DNA from: an uncultured Desulfosarcina sp.
Lineage (GTDB): Bacteria; Desulfobacterota; Desulfobacteria; Desulfobacterales; Desulfosarcinaceae
Assembly: GCA_963674945.2 (NCBI GenBank)
Contig: CAXXWQ010000003.1
Span: forward strand, 128,001-192,000
Reading direction: 5' to 3'
Length of the DNA stretch: 64,000 bases
Positions 18,801 through 27,256 of this stretch are shown here, in pieces (within the stretch, counting starts at the first letter, position 1; every line of letters begins with the position of its first letter). The notes beneath the pieces are model-generated. The model saw only the letters and a list, made by a program, of their open reading frames with translations. It was not told the origin of the DNA and ran no database searches. Made by a program: the position numbers and the translations under genes.

Positions 18801-20688
18801 GATCGGCCTGGGCTACCAATGCACGCGCCCATTCGAAACGCTCCACCAAAAGCCTGGCCATATTCAAACGCTGGGATCCTTGGCCGGGAAATAAAAATCC
18901 GATGCGCGGCGATCCACCGGTATGGCCCAGCCAGATGCGGCCCGCTGCATGATGGAGGGTTTTCCCGAACGCCAGCGGATTTGCCTCAATAAAGGATTCC
19001 AGGTTGCGCAACGTATCGACCAGTTCATCGGGGCTGCCCGCCAGAAAAGCTACCCGCCAAGGATGTTCCGATTTCACTTCATCGGCCAAGGATGCGGCCA
19101 GGTCGGTTGTTTCGGCGTAATTGAGTCCGTCGACCTCCTGTACCAGCTGTCGACACCTCTCAACCAGATCGTGTGCGCTATCTGCGCTTACAATGAACAG
19201 CTCACTCTCCTGGGCCGATGCCATAAGCGTCCGTTCATCCATTTCCGTTTGAAACCGGGTACTTGGCGGTCCAGCAGATTCCACGGTGATGTGACTGTTG
19301 ATTCCACCGAACCCCATGGCCGAGACACCGACGCGCAGGGTCTCCGTGGAGGGAAGACATTTGCCGATACGAATGGGAAAAACATGCCGTGCCGATTCGT
19401 CGAATGCCCTGTTGGGATATCGGCAGCCCGCCATGGGGGGACAGATGCGACGATTGACCGCGATTACCGCCTTGATGAAGCCGCCGACACCGCTGGCGGC
19501 CTTGGTGTGTCCAACGATAGACTTCAGCGAGGTGATCCCCAAAAAACGTCCTTTTTCCCCGGCGATGTCGGTATCCTCACCCATCAGCGATGCGATGGCT
19601 TCCAACTCGACACGATCCCCCACTACGGTTCCGGTTCCGTGACCTTCGATGAAATCCAGCTGGTCGATGCCGTAAGGCGCCCTTTCATACGCCCGTTTCA
19701 ACGCCAGGGATTGACCGGGTACGCTCGGTGCGGTGATAGCGGCATTGCTTCCGTCGGATGAGATCCCCCATCCGCGGATCACGGCGTAGATCGGGTTGCC
19801 GTCCTTCAGGGCGTCGGCATGGCGTTTGAGCACAACAAATCCACAACCCTCTCCGGGGATGAATCCACTGGCCCGACGGTCGTATACGTTCATCTCACCA
19901 TCGGTCAGGGCGCCGGTCTTGGAAAACCCGACCATTTCGAAAGGATCAAGACTGATGTCGACACCACCGGCCAGTGCCAGATCAAGATCTTTTGCACAAA
20001 GGCCGGCCGCAGCAGTTGCGATGGCCAGCAGAGATGACGAGCAGGCTCCGTCTACCGTATACCCGCCGCCGTCCAAATTGAAATAGTTACAGATACGGCC
20101 GGCAATCGTATTGGAGAGCCCGCCGGCAAGGGAATCTTCCGTAAAAGCCGGAAACGCCGATTTAAAGTCTGCTTCCAGCCCCTCTTCCAAGGCGGCGACT
20201 TCCTCCGGCGCAAGGTTGCACTGATGGGCGACCCGCAACAAGGCCTTGCGCACATAGGGCCATCGCAAGCGCAAATTATAGGATCGGGAATATTCACCGG
20301 TCAGGCTGTTGCCGACGATCACGCCGGTGCGCTTTCCTGGAAGCGTTTGTTCGGTGAAACCGGCATCGGCAATGGCCTGAAGGACGGTCTCAAGGGCAAG
20401 CCAGTGAACGATATCGGTCGCCTGGTAGGTTGACCGGGGAATTCTCCGCGCAGTCCAGTCGAAATCAAATCCGTCGATCACCGCAGCCATTCGGGCATAG
20501 GATTTATCGACAGTCGTTTTATCCTTATGATAATAGTCCTGTAAAGGGAGACGACAATCGGGCAGGCGCCTGAACTGACGACGACGACCGAGGATATTGG
20601 TCCATAGTTTTTTCGGGTTGTCTGCACCCGGGTACCAACAGCCCATGCCAATTACAGCTACAGAATTCGGATTCGGTTTCTCGTTCAT
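12868..20688 (-). CDS. Enediyne-type (PKSE-like) iterative type I polyketide synthase: KS-AT-ACP-ACP(degenerate)-KR-DH-PPTase-TE-TE
   Basis: KS DGACSSS (Cys 20041-43), EGHGTGT, GHTK; AT GHSLG (Ser 18592-94), NAFH; ACP LNLDSI (Ser 17434-36); KR TGGAKG, YAFSN; DH HCYEGAYLFP; PPTase GKP, SVTH, GCD, WSARE; two hot-dog TEs (RNVYYSHYFFW, GNIYFANYYAWQGRVR); GGAGGTG RBS before ATG 20688. Confidence 0.88.
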   Translation of the reverse strand: MNEKPNPNSVAVIGMGCWYPGADNPKKLWTNILGRRRQFRRLPDCRLPLQDYYHKDKTTVDKSYARMAAVIDGFDFDWTARRIPRSTYQATDIVHWLALETVLQAIADAGFTEQTLPGKRTGVIVGNSLTGEYSRSYNLRLRWPYVRKALLRVAHQCNLAPEEVAALEEGLEADFKSAFPAFTEDSLAGGLSNTIAGRICNYFNLDGGGYTVDGACSSSLLAIATAAAGLCAKDLDLALAGGVDISLDPFEMVGFSKTGALTDGEMNVYDRRASGFIPGEGCGFVVLKRHADALKDGNPIYAVIRGWGISSDGSNAAITAPSVPGQSLALKRAYERAPYGIDQLDFIEGHGTGTVVGDRVELEAIASLMGEDTDIAGEKGRFLGITSLKSIVGHTKAASGVGGFIKAVIAVNRRICPPMAGCRYPNRAFDESARHVFPIRIGKCLPSTETLRVGVSAMGFGGINSHITVESAGPPSTRFQTEMDERTLMASAQESELFIVSADSAHDLVERCRQLVQEVDGLNYAETTDLAASLADEVKSEHPWRVAFLAGSPDELVDTLRNLESFIEANPLAFGKTLHHAAGRIWLGHTGGSPRIGFLFPGQGSQRLNMARLLVERFEWARALVAQADRLAGECGATFPSEVMFPPDEQILGEDRTKQWFDELSLTANAQPAICLASVLWHRYLSELGIVPVAVGGHSLGEATAFFASGAFDETTLLRFAFRRGQAMSTRPDKSGTMIGLGCSQTKAKRLLENVTDGYVALANINAPNQMVAAGESDAIEQLRRLAEDADIPVRRLPVSNAFHCRLTAPAAEKLTGRTALPAILKTPTIRLFSGMDGKEIVAGHDLADHFVRQVTARVNFMALAESIAGCTDLLIEVGPGRVLCGLVDATLSDSSAERRIDCLPTEVSAFQTDDLNGLLARLFVSGTTINWKALYANRPVYPFVPPSRRAFFSNPCENSAGEAATPISSSLTRALSQGLLDLPGLSGLSPETANAYLKKRGAFLKDLIEVDLKHAITDQTLSPHATHDSPVIESAAADENSAIGNRADRPDLEQLYDLVETITGFPKQTLVPDARLLDDLNLDSIKSGDLIARYAERFDLTGKIDPAQWTNASLGEIADHVARRFEDRSDTATDNPMLTTSDVLPLLVDQMASITGVAAAQISTESLVGPDLHLSEKQLLELLTATANSLRLELNIDPEPLQHRSLAQIADIFIRMANATNPADPLATLRLPRTTVRELRIDVIESPLPALPSWYGKRREDQWSNARVLILADDADDSVCRALNTHLIRQGAGVSIKTFDALESGKTGGDSEDFSHFIAILPRVCQDSDLTENRLRKMIRRLSFAALPPPASHGPRRRNCLVFVQFGGGYFGTVDNADYLDQCCATALAKSVYLERDDLKMRVIDFDPGIDANRIAEKTILEIRGPQNFVEAGYDHHLTRRTTVASAIEPTQHDPTPTTWSKEDVILVTGGAKGITAECALALARTVGAKMALVGRSPIHTSRAGDGEEDPVSRTLRRYERHGLSARYYRCDVCDKEAVAQTIRQVQRELGPITGVIHGAGQNTPRRFSQVSPEEALQEVGPKVIGILNLISQLEDQPTRLIVGLTSIIGITGMQGNGWYAFSNEALDLILRRFGSTHPETRTLSVAYSIWRDEGMGARLGSVAALKRKGIEAIPTKEGVDRFLRLFLFNPGTHQVLVAARIMQLDTLGIPTRSTVDGARFLERRVHFIPGVESAFLVHLSLEEDLYLEDHCYEGAYLFPAVFGLEAMAQVVAHVTGVTGFTGLTIENIKLRRPIIVDAKSGADIVIWAQTRERSVAGEELAVEAGIFKVDAESDTEFFSATFVMGTMERPDAAVQMDPFLPLAMDPTKDLYRDTLLFQGPRFQRMDCVYQLERTADHGTVVVGTPPEEPDSASLAFATQTQRNFLLGDPFLRDNLLQSAALLIPQDTSLPLSIRRWEIAPMITSSSGKNRRLIRTRLLGIQDQEVETAVETLDESGGIVERLTGYRLKILKHHDDYPTVADFLNPDDRDTQMVQDRIAGVSAPLRVKVPAIRVTYLPGLHDLSKEQRRERVETFVEQSVAQWGRQNGMPDCPVRIGWKFSGKPEAWILNDPVDVSVTHDDRYCLVAVGSCSLGCDLSPVTHRSASQWAGLLGPLGRRLLDDQKEGPALDRHGTAFWSAREVLQKMGVQETIFIDFEAPTPESLLFTCTTDKGLIKVLTVWMVLTLGEERVVALSLTDLPTAITAEQAPCIDYSGYESLFNQQHYKIIAGGPQGQGIFVYRFPVTFMPAGQLSRNVYYSHYFFWAGTARETSAWPVLRKIADQFATGQWGGVTNYADLTILGEATTHDLIEVWLWASGNGGAQNAVLDLTFDFRKLRPDGTYQRLAWLEQQTTWVRILDHGVAKVEPYPDYYGRFLDDMLPRYEAPNLPEPIAEPLRPLFAGEGERELFRAQAGPIVKPTLLTQWMDTCLEDANIVGNIYFANYYAWQGRVRDRYFYDLIPDHFKGTGEKGELICLNCRVDHLREAMPFDRIEVRMALKKLKECRATLHFEYYKPDHSGKRMKLATGKQEVVWVRRDKRNTPVPHPFPEAVRRGFEKAIREQHRN

Positions 20689-20898
20689 GATCACCTCCAC
20701 AGCTTGAATTAACGTACCGGTTCAGATCTTCATGCAAGTTCCAGGAAAACATCAAACCAATGTCGGTATAATGAAAAATGCCGGCCATGGGCCTGCACAT
20801 CGAATCCTCAATGCTGCCGAATCGCGTTTTGCGTATGTCTCTGTTTATGATTTCGAAAAATCCCATGCGGTTGCTGGACCATCCACAGTTGGCTTTCA

Positions 20899-22863
20899 TC
20901 AGGCGGCGATGGCTTTTTTCACGGCCATGCCAATTTTTACCATGTTATAGGGTTTGCGCACATATTCTCCGGCCCCCATCTGCTGCATCTCCTCTACACG
21001 ATCGGTTTCTGAATAGCCGCTGGCAATGATCACCTTCTGACCTGGATGGATGTTGACGATCTCCCTGTAGGTTTCCAGTCCATCCATTCCCGGGTCCATG
21101 ATCATGTCCAAGATGATCAGGTCGGCACAATGATTTTCCATATATTCAACGGCATCTTCTCCACTGGAGACGGTGGTTACGAGATAACCGAGCTTGGTCA
21201 GCATCTTCTGCGCGATGTTGCGTTGTTCTGTCACATCGTCGACCACCAGAATCGATTCTCCGTTGCCCTTGTACCGTTCCATTGAAAAAGTTTCGGAGGC
21301 CTTTGAAATTTGCTGATCCGTAGAGGGAAAATAGAGCAAAAAGGTCGACCCTTTGCCGGGCGTACTTTTAATATCGATATACCCATTATGATCATGAACG
21401 GTTCCCCAAACCACTGCCATCCCCAGGCCCGTGCCACTGCGCCCCATGACTTTTTTGGTATAAAAGGGCTCGAAAATCCGTGTCATCTCATCGGAGGAGA
21501 TTCCAACGCCCGTATCGGAGACGGTAATCAGGTTGTAATTGCCGGGTTTACAATTTCGATAACCGCTGATGGGGCGGCGAACAAGAGTGTTTTTGGAGGA
21601 TATCCGAATCACGCCACCGTCGGGCATCGATTCGGCCGCATTGGAAATGAGGTTCATGAACGTCTTGGAAAGATGAACTGCCGATCCCATGATATTGGGC
21701 AGTTGGTTTTCTAAATCGATTCGGACATCGACCCTTGGATGATAGCTCTTTAATTTATAAAATTCCGGACTGTTAAGATACTCTTGGATGATGGTGTTAA
21801 GGTTCACCACACTGGAAATGGCCACACCCCGGCGAGCCAGGGTCAACAGATCCTGGACGATTGCAGCGGCTTTCTCACCGGACTTTTTGATGACCAATAA
21901 CGCCTCTTTGAAGGGACTGTCTTCGGATACTTCGGTCAGCAGCAGGTCCGGATAGCTGACAACACCGGTGAGGATGTTGTTTAGATCGTGCGCCACCCCG
22001 CCGGCCAGTGTTCCAAGTGATTCCATCTTCTGGGCACGCTGCAGAGAGAGTTCGAGTTCTATCTTCTGTTTTTCCGCTTTTTGGTGGGCCTCTATTTCCC
22101 GTTTCAAACGAAGGTTGGTTTTGGTCAAATCCAGCGTCCGCGCCTCGACGCGTTTTTCCAATTCCCGGTTCACCGCGGCGACCTTTTCCCGTTCTTCTCG
22201 GTAAAGATGGACCAGAACAAAGTCCCTTCGGGCGGAGTATTCGATGAAATAGCAAATCATCATCCCCAAAAAGGTAGCGATGAAGATGTACATTGTGTTA
22301 TGAAGGAGAATCTTGACGGGAGTTTCGATGATCCAAACAGATGTCCAGAGGTAGGCAATCAAAAGAAAAAGGCCGGCTGCGGAGGCATAGATGAATCTTT
22401 CCCGAATAAACGTATAGCCGAAAAACAGACAGATGATGATGCCGACATAATATGAATAGACCGCCGGTTTTGGCCCCAACGCGATCATCGTGATAAATCC
22501 ACCTCCGGTAACCAGGATGTAGATCACCGACACGGCATACCAGGATTTTTTATAATATGGCGTGTAGGTAAAACAATAACCCATTAAAAACAATGGGATG
22601 ACAACCCCGTACCGAATGGCCCACAAAACCGACTTGCCTTCGGGAACCACAAAACCTTCCAATATACCGGTCAGTCCGTAAAACAGAATGGTAATCCAGT
22701 GGCATAATCTGACATGGGCCAGGTTGGCTTGGAAATATTGTTGATGGAAAGGCTTTTCCAGATGTTTGAGATCACCGCGAAAAGAAAGAGACAGCGGGTT
22801 AACCGTGATTCCTATCGAACCTGGAACATTAATTTCAGACGGGTTATCTCTGGTGGGCAGCAT
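20899..22863 (-). CDS. Hybrid sensor histidine kinase: 6-TM sensor + HisKA + HATPase + REC
   Basis: Six hydrophobic helices with short loops; GGVAHDLNN, NAAESM, DTGVG, FYTKK, GTGLG; REC VVDD...DMIMDPGMDG...KP; start uncertain. Confidence 0.92.
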   Translation of the reverse strand: MLPTRDNPSEINVPGSIGITVNPLSLSFRGDLKHLEKPFHQQYFQANLAHVRLCHWITILFYGLTGILEGFVVPEGKSVLWAIRYGVVIPLFLMGYCFTYTPYYKKSWYAVSVIYILVTGGGFITMIALGPKPAVYSYYVGIIICLFFGYTFIRERFIYASAAGLFLLIAYLWTSVWIIETPVKILLHNTMYIFIATFLGMMICYFIEYSARRDFVLVHLYREEREKVAAVNRELEKRVEARTLDLTKTNLRLKREIEAHQKAEKQKIELELSLQRAQKMESLGTLAGGVAHDLNNILTGVVSYPDLLLTEVSEDSPFKEALLVIKKSGEKAAAIVQDLLTLARRGVAISSVVNLNTIIQEYLNSPEFYKLKSYHPRVDVRIDLENQLPNIMGSAVHLSKTFMNLISNAAESMPDGGVIRISSKNTLVRRPISGYRNCKPGNYNLITVSDTGVGISSDEMTRIFEPFYTKKVMGRSGTGLGMAVVWGTVHDHNGYIDIKSTPGKGSTFLLYFPSTDQQISKASETFSMERYKGNGESILVVDDVTEQRNIAQKMLTKLGYLVTTVSSGEDAVEYMENHCADLIILDMIMDPGMDGLETYREIVNIHPGQKVIIASGYSETDRVEEMQQMGAGEYVRKPYNMVKIGMAVKKAIAA

Positions 22864-22911
22864 CGGGCACAGTCTCGTGAGCAAATCGGGTTCAATTGAG
22901 AATTGCGTGCC

Positions 22912-22938
22912 TTATCGGTATTTTTTCAAAAAACTTTA
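22912..22938 (-). promoter_or_regulatory. Sigma28 (FliA)-like promoter for the hybrid kinase
   Basis: Minus strand TAAA-N15-ACCGATAA (with extended TAAAGTTT) versus consensus TAAA-N15-GCCGATAA. Confidence 0.7.
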
Positions 22939-23103
22939 GAAAACAAAGGCTTTCTCTGTGTCTTTAATAACACAATCCATGTGAGAAGAGATTCTTTCCC
23001 AGAAAAAATCCCTTATAAGCGACAGAGGTGGAGTTGAGGCGTCGGGTGATACAATTATGCGTCATTCTTTGAAAAACATAACAAGCGCATAAAACAATCA
23101 GAA

Positions 23104-23460
23104 TCAACGGATTGGAAGTGTATTTTTAAATATTTCAAAACAATTTTTGATCGTTATCGAATTTTTTTTTGTGAGATCCACAAATTGACAACCAACACCC
23201 CTTCTGTTGATGTTGACAATCTTCACTTTTTGTAAAAAGGCGTTTTCCTCCATGGGAAGTTTGATTGCAACATTTGTCATCATCCCCAATTCCAATCCCG
23301 TTATGTCTGATATTTCAGCAAAAAAACCGCCCATACTAAAATCAGTCATTTCAGCCGTCCCATTTATCCGATCAAAAAAGACCTTGCAACGGATTTCCAG
23401 CCGTGGATTCTGACGCTTATCTTGGCTGACTTCCATAAGGCGGCTTCGAACGTCGAGCAT
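23104..23460 (-). CDS. Single-domain PilZ protein (c-di-GMP receptor)
   Basis: RQNPR (RxxxR), DFSMGG (DxSxxG), GVGCQF; GGAGAAGG upstream of ATG 23460. Confidence 0.85.
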   Translation of the reverse strand: MLDVRSRLMEVSQDKRQNPRLEIRCKVFFDRINGTAEMTDFSMGGFFAEISDITGLELGMMTNVAIKLPMEENAFLQKVKIVNINRRGVGCQFVDLTKKNSITIKNCFEIFKNTLPIR

Positions 23461-23519
23461 TGTTACCTTCTCCCATTCATCGTTTTCATTTTTTCGATCA
23501 CACGCACCGTACAACCATG

Positions 23520-23547
23520 TTATCGACATATCATCGCGTCTTCTTTA
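23520..23547 (-). promoter_or_regulatory. Sigma28-like promoter for the PilZ gene
   Basis: Minus strand TAAA-N16-GTCGATAA. Confidence 0.5.
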
Positions 23548-23722
23548 GCGCATTATGGAACAGCATCCATCCGTTCATCTCAGGCCTGCATTGGGCATCA
23601 CACATGATAAAAGAATCGATGCTCACGGGAAAAATGCCCTGTTTCAAGCCTTTGTGTTTCACATGCCATGTGGTGGCCACAGCCAGGGGCAATCCGAAAC
23701 GTCGGGTCATTCACAAAAAGAG

Positions 23723-26700
23723 TCAAGCACCGACTTGATTCAACGCCCCCAATAAATGCTTGAAAATACAGGTATTTGCTCCGAGGTCTTCTGCCAGTTC
23801 GACGACCCTTCGATGATGGGTAAACACCAAAACCTGGGTGTGTGCTGCAAGTTCAACCAATACTTCCAAGCAAACCCTGGTTCGGTCATCATCAAATCCA
23901 ATGAGGATATCGTCCACCACAAAAGGCATCGGCTCACCTTTCTCCATATATTGCTCGAGGGTCGCAAGCCGAAGCGCAAGATAGAGTTGATCGCGGGTTC
24001 CATCGCTCATTTGATCGATCGCCACCTCTATTTCGTTTGGTCGAACGCCCTGCAGGATCGGTGTACCGCTTTCGCTCACTTCATCCCGCAGTTTTTCAAA
24101 AGAGCCGAGGGTGAGTCTGGCAAACAACTCACCGGCCCGCGCGAGAACCGGCGCCTGGTTCTTCTGACGATACTCCTCCACACGTTGTTCTAGTATGAGT
24201 GATGCGATTTGCAGGCGAAGGTATTTTTCAATACCGGAAGCCATTGCGGCAAGATGCTGCTCCGCCTCCTCCGATGCCTTGGCAGCCATATCGCTTCCAT
24301 CTTTGGCCTGCATCTCGTTTTGCACCGTTTGTTTCTGGTCGCGTAACTTGTCACGGGTCGCCTGCAAATCCTCCAACTCGGCCGAGACGCGACCGAGTTC
24401 ATCTTCGACGGCATCGGCATCGAGTTCATCGGCTTCATTCTCGAGTTCTTGAATGTGCAAACCATCACCATTGCGTCTCAGTTCTCGTTCAACCGTCTCA
24501 AGCCGCTGCAGCAGATCGCGCATGTTTCGGGAACGATCCCAGGCTGCTTCGAGTTCATCGTCTGTTTTGACACGCGCCTGATCTCGCAAAGCGGCAAGCT
24601 GCTCTTCTATTGAATGAATTGTCAGGCCGGCATCTTCGATTTCCGCCGTCGTTTCTTTATCCTGGGCCTTTATTTTTGTAAGCCCCGCTCTTTCTTCACG
24701 CGCCTCCGTCAATTCCCTGTTCAACTGTGCGACGATGGCGACCGCCGTTTGCCCGTCCCCATTGACACCGATGCCATCGGCGAACGCCATAACCTTTCGA
24801 CGAAATTGCTCGCAAACCTGGTCAATGCCGTAAATCCGGCGGCGCAGCTCTTCAGATTTGTCGAATTTATCGAAAAACAAAAGCAGCCGATCGAAGACCT
24901 CCGTCACCCGTTCCGGATTGTCATCGGTTGTCAATCCCATCCCGGTAATGGCCTGAGACCATTCGGTGGACCAACCGGCCTTGTCCCTCTCGATCGATGC
25001 AAGATCTTTAGATGCTCTTTTGATGCGAACAGATAGATCTCTTACTGAATGCTCCAACTGACGCTTTCGTTCAAGGGCCGCCGTCTCCTGTGCGATACGC
25101 TGTTCGCACAGGTTGATCATTGCCTCCAGAGGCATCGGGTCCGGATCGACGGTCTCATCGAATCTTGCAATTTGCAGGGCAATGGCTTCTCTTAGCGATT
25201 TACAAGCACTTGCCAATTTGTGCGCCTCTTTGGAAACGAGCCGGGCCGATCGTACATTTGATAAAAGATGGTCTACCCTTAGCAGCCATTGTTTCATCTC
25301 CCTGGGCGTTCCGGGTTCTATCTCCAACTTCCTCCAAATATCGTTCCATTTTTTTTCACAAGCGGCTTTGCCGGCAAGAACGTTGTCAGCTTCATCGGTT
25401 TTACTTTTAAGACGGAATTTCAGATCTTCAATTTTTGCTTCGAGATCCGCCCTTTTCACTACTTTATCGGATGCCAGTCGGAGTTGATCCGATAGGTGAT
25501 CCGCTTCATCCACATGTTGCTCGTACAGCGATGGCAGCTCAAGATCATGGGCAAATGCGGCAATTTCATCTTCTGCATCGGTTTTTTCAATATATTTGCG
25601 CTTGATGAGATGCCATCCGGTGTTGCGTATTGTTCGCGATTCTTCGAGCTCGGTTATTGTCGGTACTTCGCCGGTCATCAGCAACGCGTTTAAATCCTTT
25701 TTTGCCTGGTTACACGCCTCTGCAAGTTCTTTTTGTATACGCTCAAGATCTTTTTCTTCATCATACAACGCATCGAACTTTTTTTCGAATGTGTCCAGGG
25801 TTTCGGAAAGTGGCATGGCCAATTGCATAAGTGTATCAATGGTTCCAGAAAACCGCCCGAGCCGGGAGAACTCGGTTTGACATGCTTCTTCGTCTTCCGA
25901 GGCATGTTGTTGCGTTTCATCCAGACGTTGTTCCAGATCGCCGGCCTTGCGAGCTGCTGCAACCGCCGCTTTCAGTTCGCCCAAATCCAAGCTCGATGTC
26001 ACCTGTTCATCAAGCTCTTTCGCAATTGCCGCACGCTCGTCTTCCATATCCTTCACGGCACGTTGCGTGTTTTCCTGCTTTTGTTGTAAAAGACTGTGCT
26101 GCCTGACCAAGTCGGCGATCCATTTTTTATTGTTTGTCAAAGGCCGTAATTGTTCGGCATCGGAAACGTTGAAGTCCGGACGCACCCCCTTGAGAAGTTG
26201 TTCTGCTTCACTGCGAAAAAGCCGCCTTTTAGCATCTTGCTGGGGACGATCCAGGATCGCTTTCTCAATGCCACCGACTTCTTTGTAAAGAGACAGAATT
26301 TCCTCTTCATTTTCCAACAACTCGTTCCTGACGATAATTTTCCCGGCATCTTCTTTCAAGCGTGCCAATTTTGCTTCGGCTTTGGTTTTCATTTCTTTGA
26401 TTGATCGCAGGCTATTTTGGGCAGACTTGAAGATTTCACCAAAATCTTCCGGCAATAAAAGCACTTGACCCAGTGCATCGATGCGCTCTCTCACGGCGCG
26501 TCGTTCGGCCAAAGCTCCTTTTACACGATTGAATCGATCCATGCGGCTTTTTTCTTTTCTTTTCTCTTTAATCTTTTCTTCCACCGTTTCGATGGCGGCT
26601 TTCGTTCCTGCCAGTTCTTTTTTCAACCGTTTCCATTGTGCAACGGGAAGACTCGCCTCTTTTATTCGTCTTTTCGCATCTTTGAAATCGGCGATCGCCC

Positions 26701-27256
26701 GATTGACCAACTTTGTGGACGCCCTCGGTTTGAAAAGGGCTTCGGCGCTGTTTTGCAGATCGGACAAAATCTCACGGAGGCTTGCGGTGCCCATCGCCGC
26801 AGTGAAAAGGGCCTGGCCAAGGTCACCGGACTGGTTCAGCAACTCTTTACCGCCCTCCACCAGCCTTACATGATCGATGCCATATAATTTCTTGAATAGG
26901 TTCTCATCCAGACCATTCGGCAAGAATGGAATCAAAACCGAGTCATCAAGGGGCATGCCGGTCTTCGGATCCAACAGTGTTCCTTTCGTCCCCTTCCTTC
27001 TAACGAATTCAAAGGCGGATCCGTCGGAAAGTCTGAGTTTTCCGCCGATTCGCAACTGGGGGTTGGCGTGGAAAAAATTGTCGTTTGTCCGTACCGGTAT
27101 TCCGAACAGCAATCCGATGAGTGCTCTCAGGGAAGTGCTTTTGCCCGCTTCATTGTCTCCGTATATCAAATGCAGGCCGTACTCCCCTTCCGAAAGGTCC
27201 AATACAGTGCCGGTGAATATGCCATATGCGATCAAGTCGAGTCGATCGATTCTCAT
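23723..27256 (-). CDS. YhaN-like SMC/Rad50-type ATPase with long coiled coil
   Basis: GDNEAGKST Walker A, long coiled coil, MSDGTRDQLYLALRLA signature, VVDDILIGFD Walker B, FTHH. Confidence 0.9.
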   Translation of the reverse strand: MRIDRLDLIAYGIFTGTVLDLSEGEYGLHLIYGDNEAGKSTSLRALIGLLFGIPVRTNDNFFHANPQLRIGGKLRLSDGSAFEFVRRKGTKGTLLDPKTGMPLDDSVLIPFLPNGLDENLFKKLYGIDHVRLVEGGKELLNQSGDLGQALFTAAMGTASLREILSDLQNSAEALFKPRASTKLVNRAIADFKDAKRRIKEASLPVAQWKRLKKELAGTKAAIETVEEKIKEKRKEKSRMDRFNRVKGALAERRAVRERIDALGQVLLLPEDFGEIFKSAQNSLRSIKEMKTKAEAKLARLKEDAGKIIVRNELLENEEEILSLYKEVGGIEKAILDRPQQDAKRRLFRSEAEQLLKGVRPDFNVSDAEQLRPLTNNKKWIADLVRQHSLLQQKQENTQRAVKDMEDERAAIAKELDEQVTSSLDLGELKAAVAAARKAGDLEQRLDETQQHASEDEEACQTEFSRLGRFSGTIDTLMQLAMPLSETLDTFEKKFDALYDEEKDLERIQKELAEACNQAKKDLNALLMTGEVPTITELEESRTIRNTGWHLIKRKYIEKTDAEDEIAAFAHDLELPSLYEQHVDEADHLSDQLRLASDKVVKRADLEAKIEDLKFRLKSKTDEADNVLAGKAACEKKWNDIWRKLEIEPGTPREMKQWLLRVDHLLSNVRSARLVSKEAHKLASACKSLREAIALQIARFDETVDPDPMPLEAMINLCEQRIAQETAALERKRQLEHSVRDLSVRIKRASKDLASIERDKAGWSTEWSQAITGMGLTTDDNPERVTEVFDRLLLFFDKFDKSEELRRRIYGIDQVCEQFRRKVMAFADGIGVNGDGQTAVAIVAQLNRELTEAREERAGLTKIKAQDKETTAEIEDAGLTIHSIEEQLAALRDQARVKTDDELEAAWDRSRNMRDLLQRLETVERELRRNGDGLHIQELENEADELDADAVEDELGRVSAELEDLQATRDKLRDQKQTVQNEMQAKDGSDMAAKASEEAEQHLAAMASGIEKYLRLQIASLILEQRVEEYRQKNQAPVLARAGELFARLTLGSFEKLRDEVSESGTPILQGVRPNEIEVAIDQMSDGTRDQLYLALRLATLEQYMEKGEPMPFVVDDILIGFDDDRTRVCLEVLVELAAHTQVLVFTHHRRVVELAEDLGANTCIFKHLLGALNQVGA

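Noticed and set aside
12868..20688. Calling the PKS a PUFA synthase (PfaA) or a true enediyne cluster
   Set aside because: No pfaB/C/D; the integrated PPTase and E10-like TE favour PKSE; no E3/E4/E5 or tailoring genes support enediyne production
20689..20898. Dedicated sigma54/sigma28 promoter for the PKS
   Set aside because: TGGAACTTGCA has the wrong spacing, and ACCGACAT lacks a matching -35
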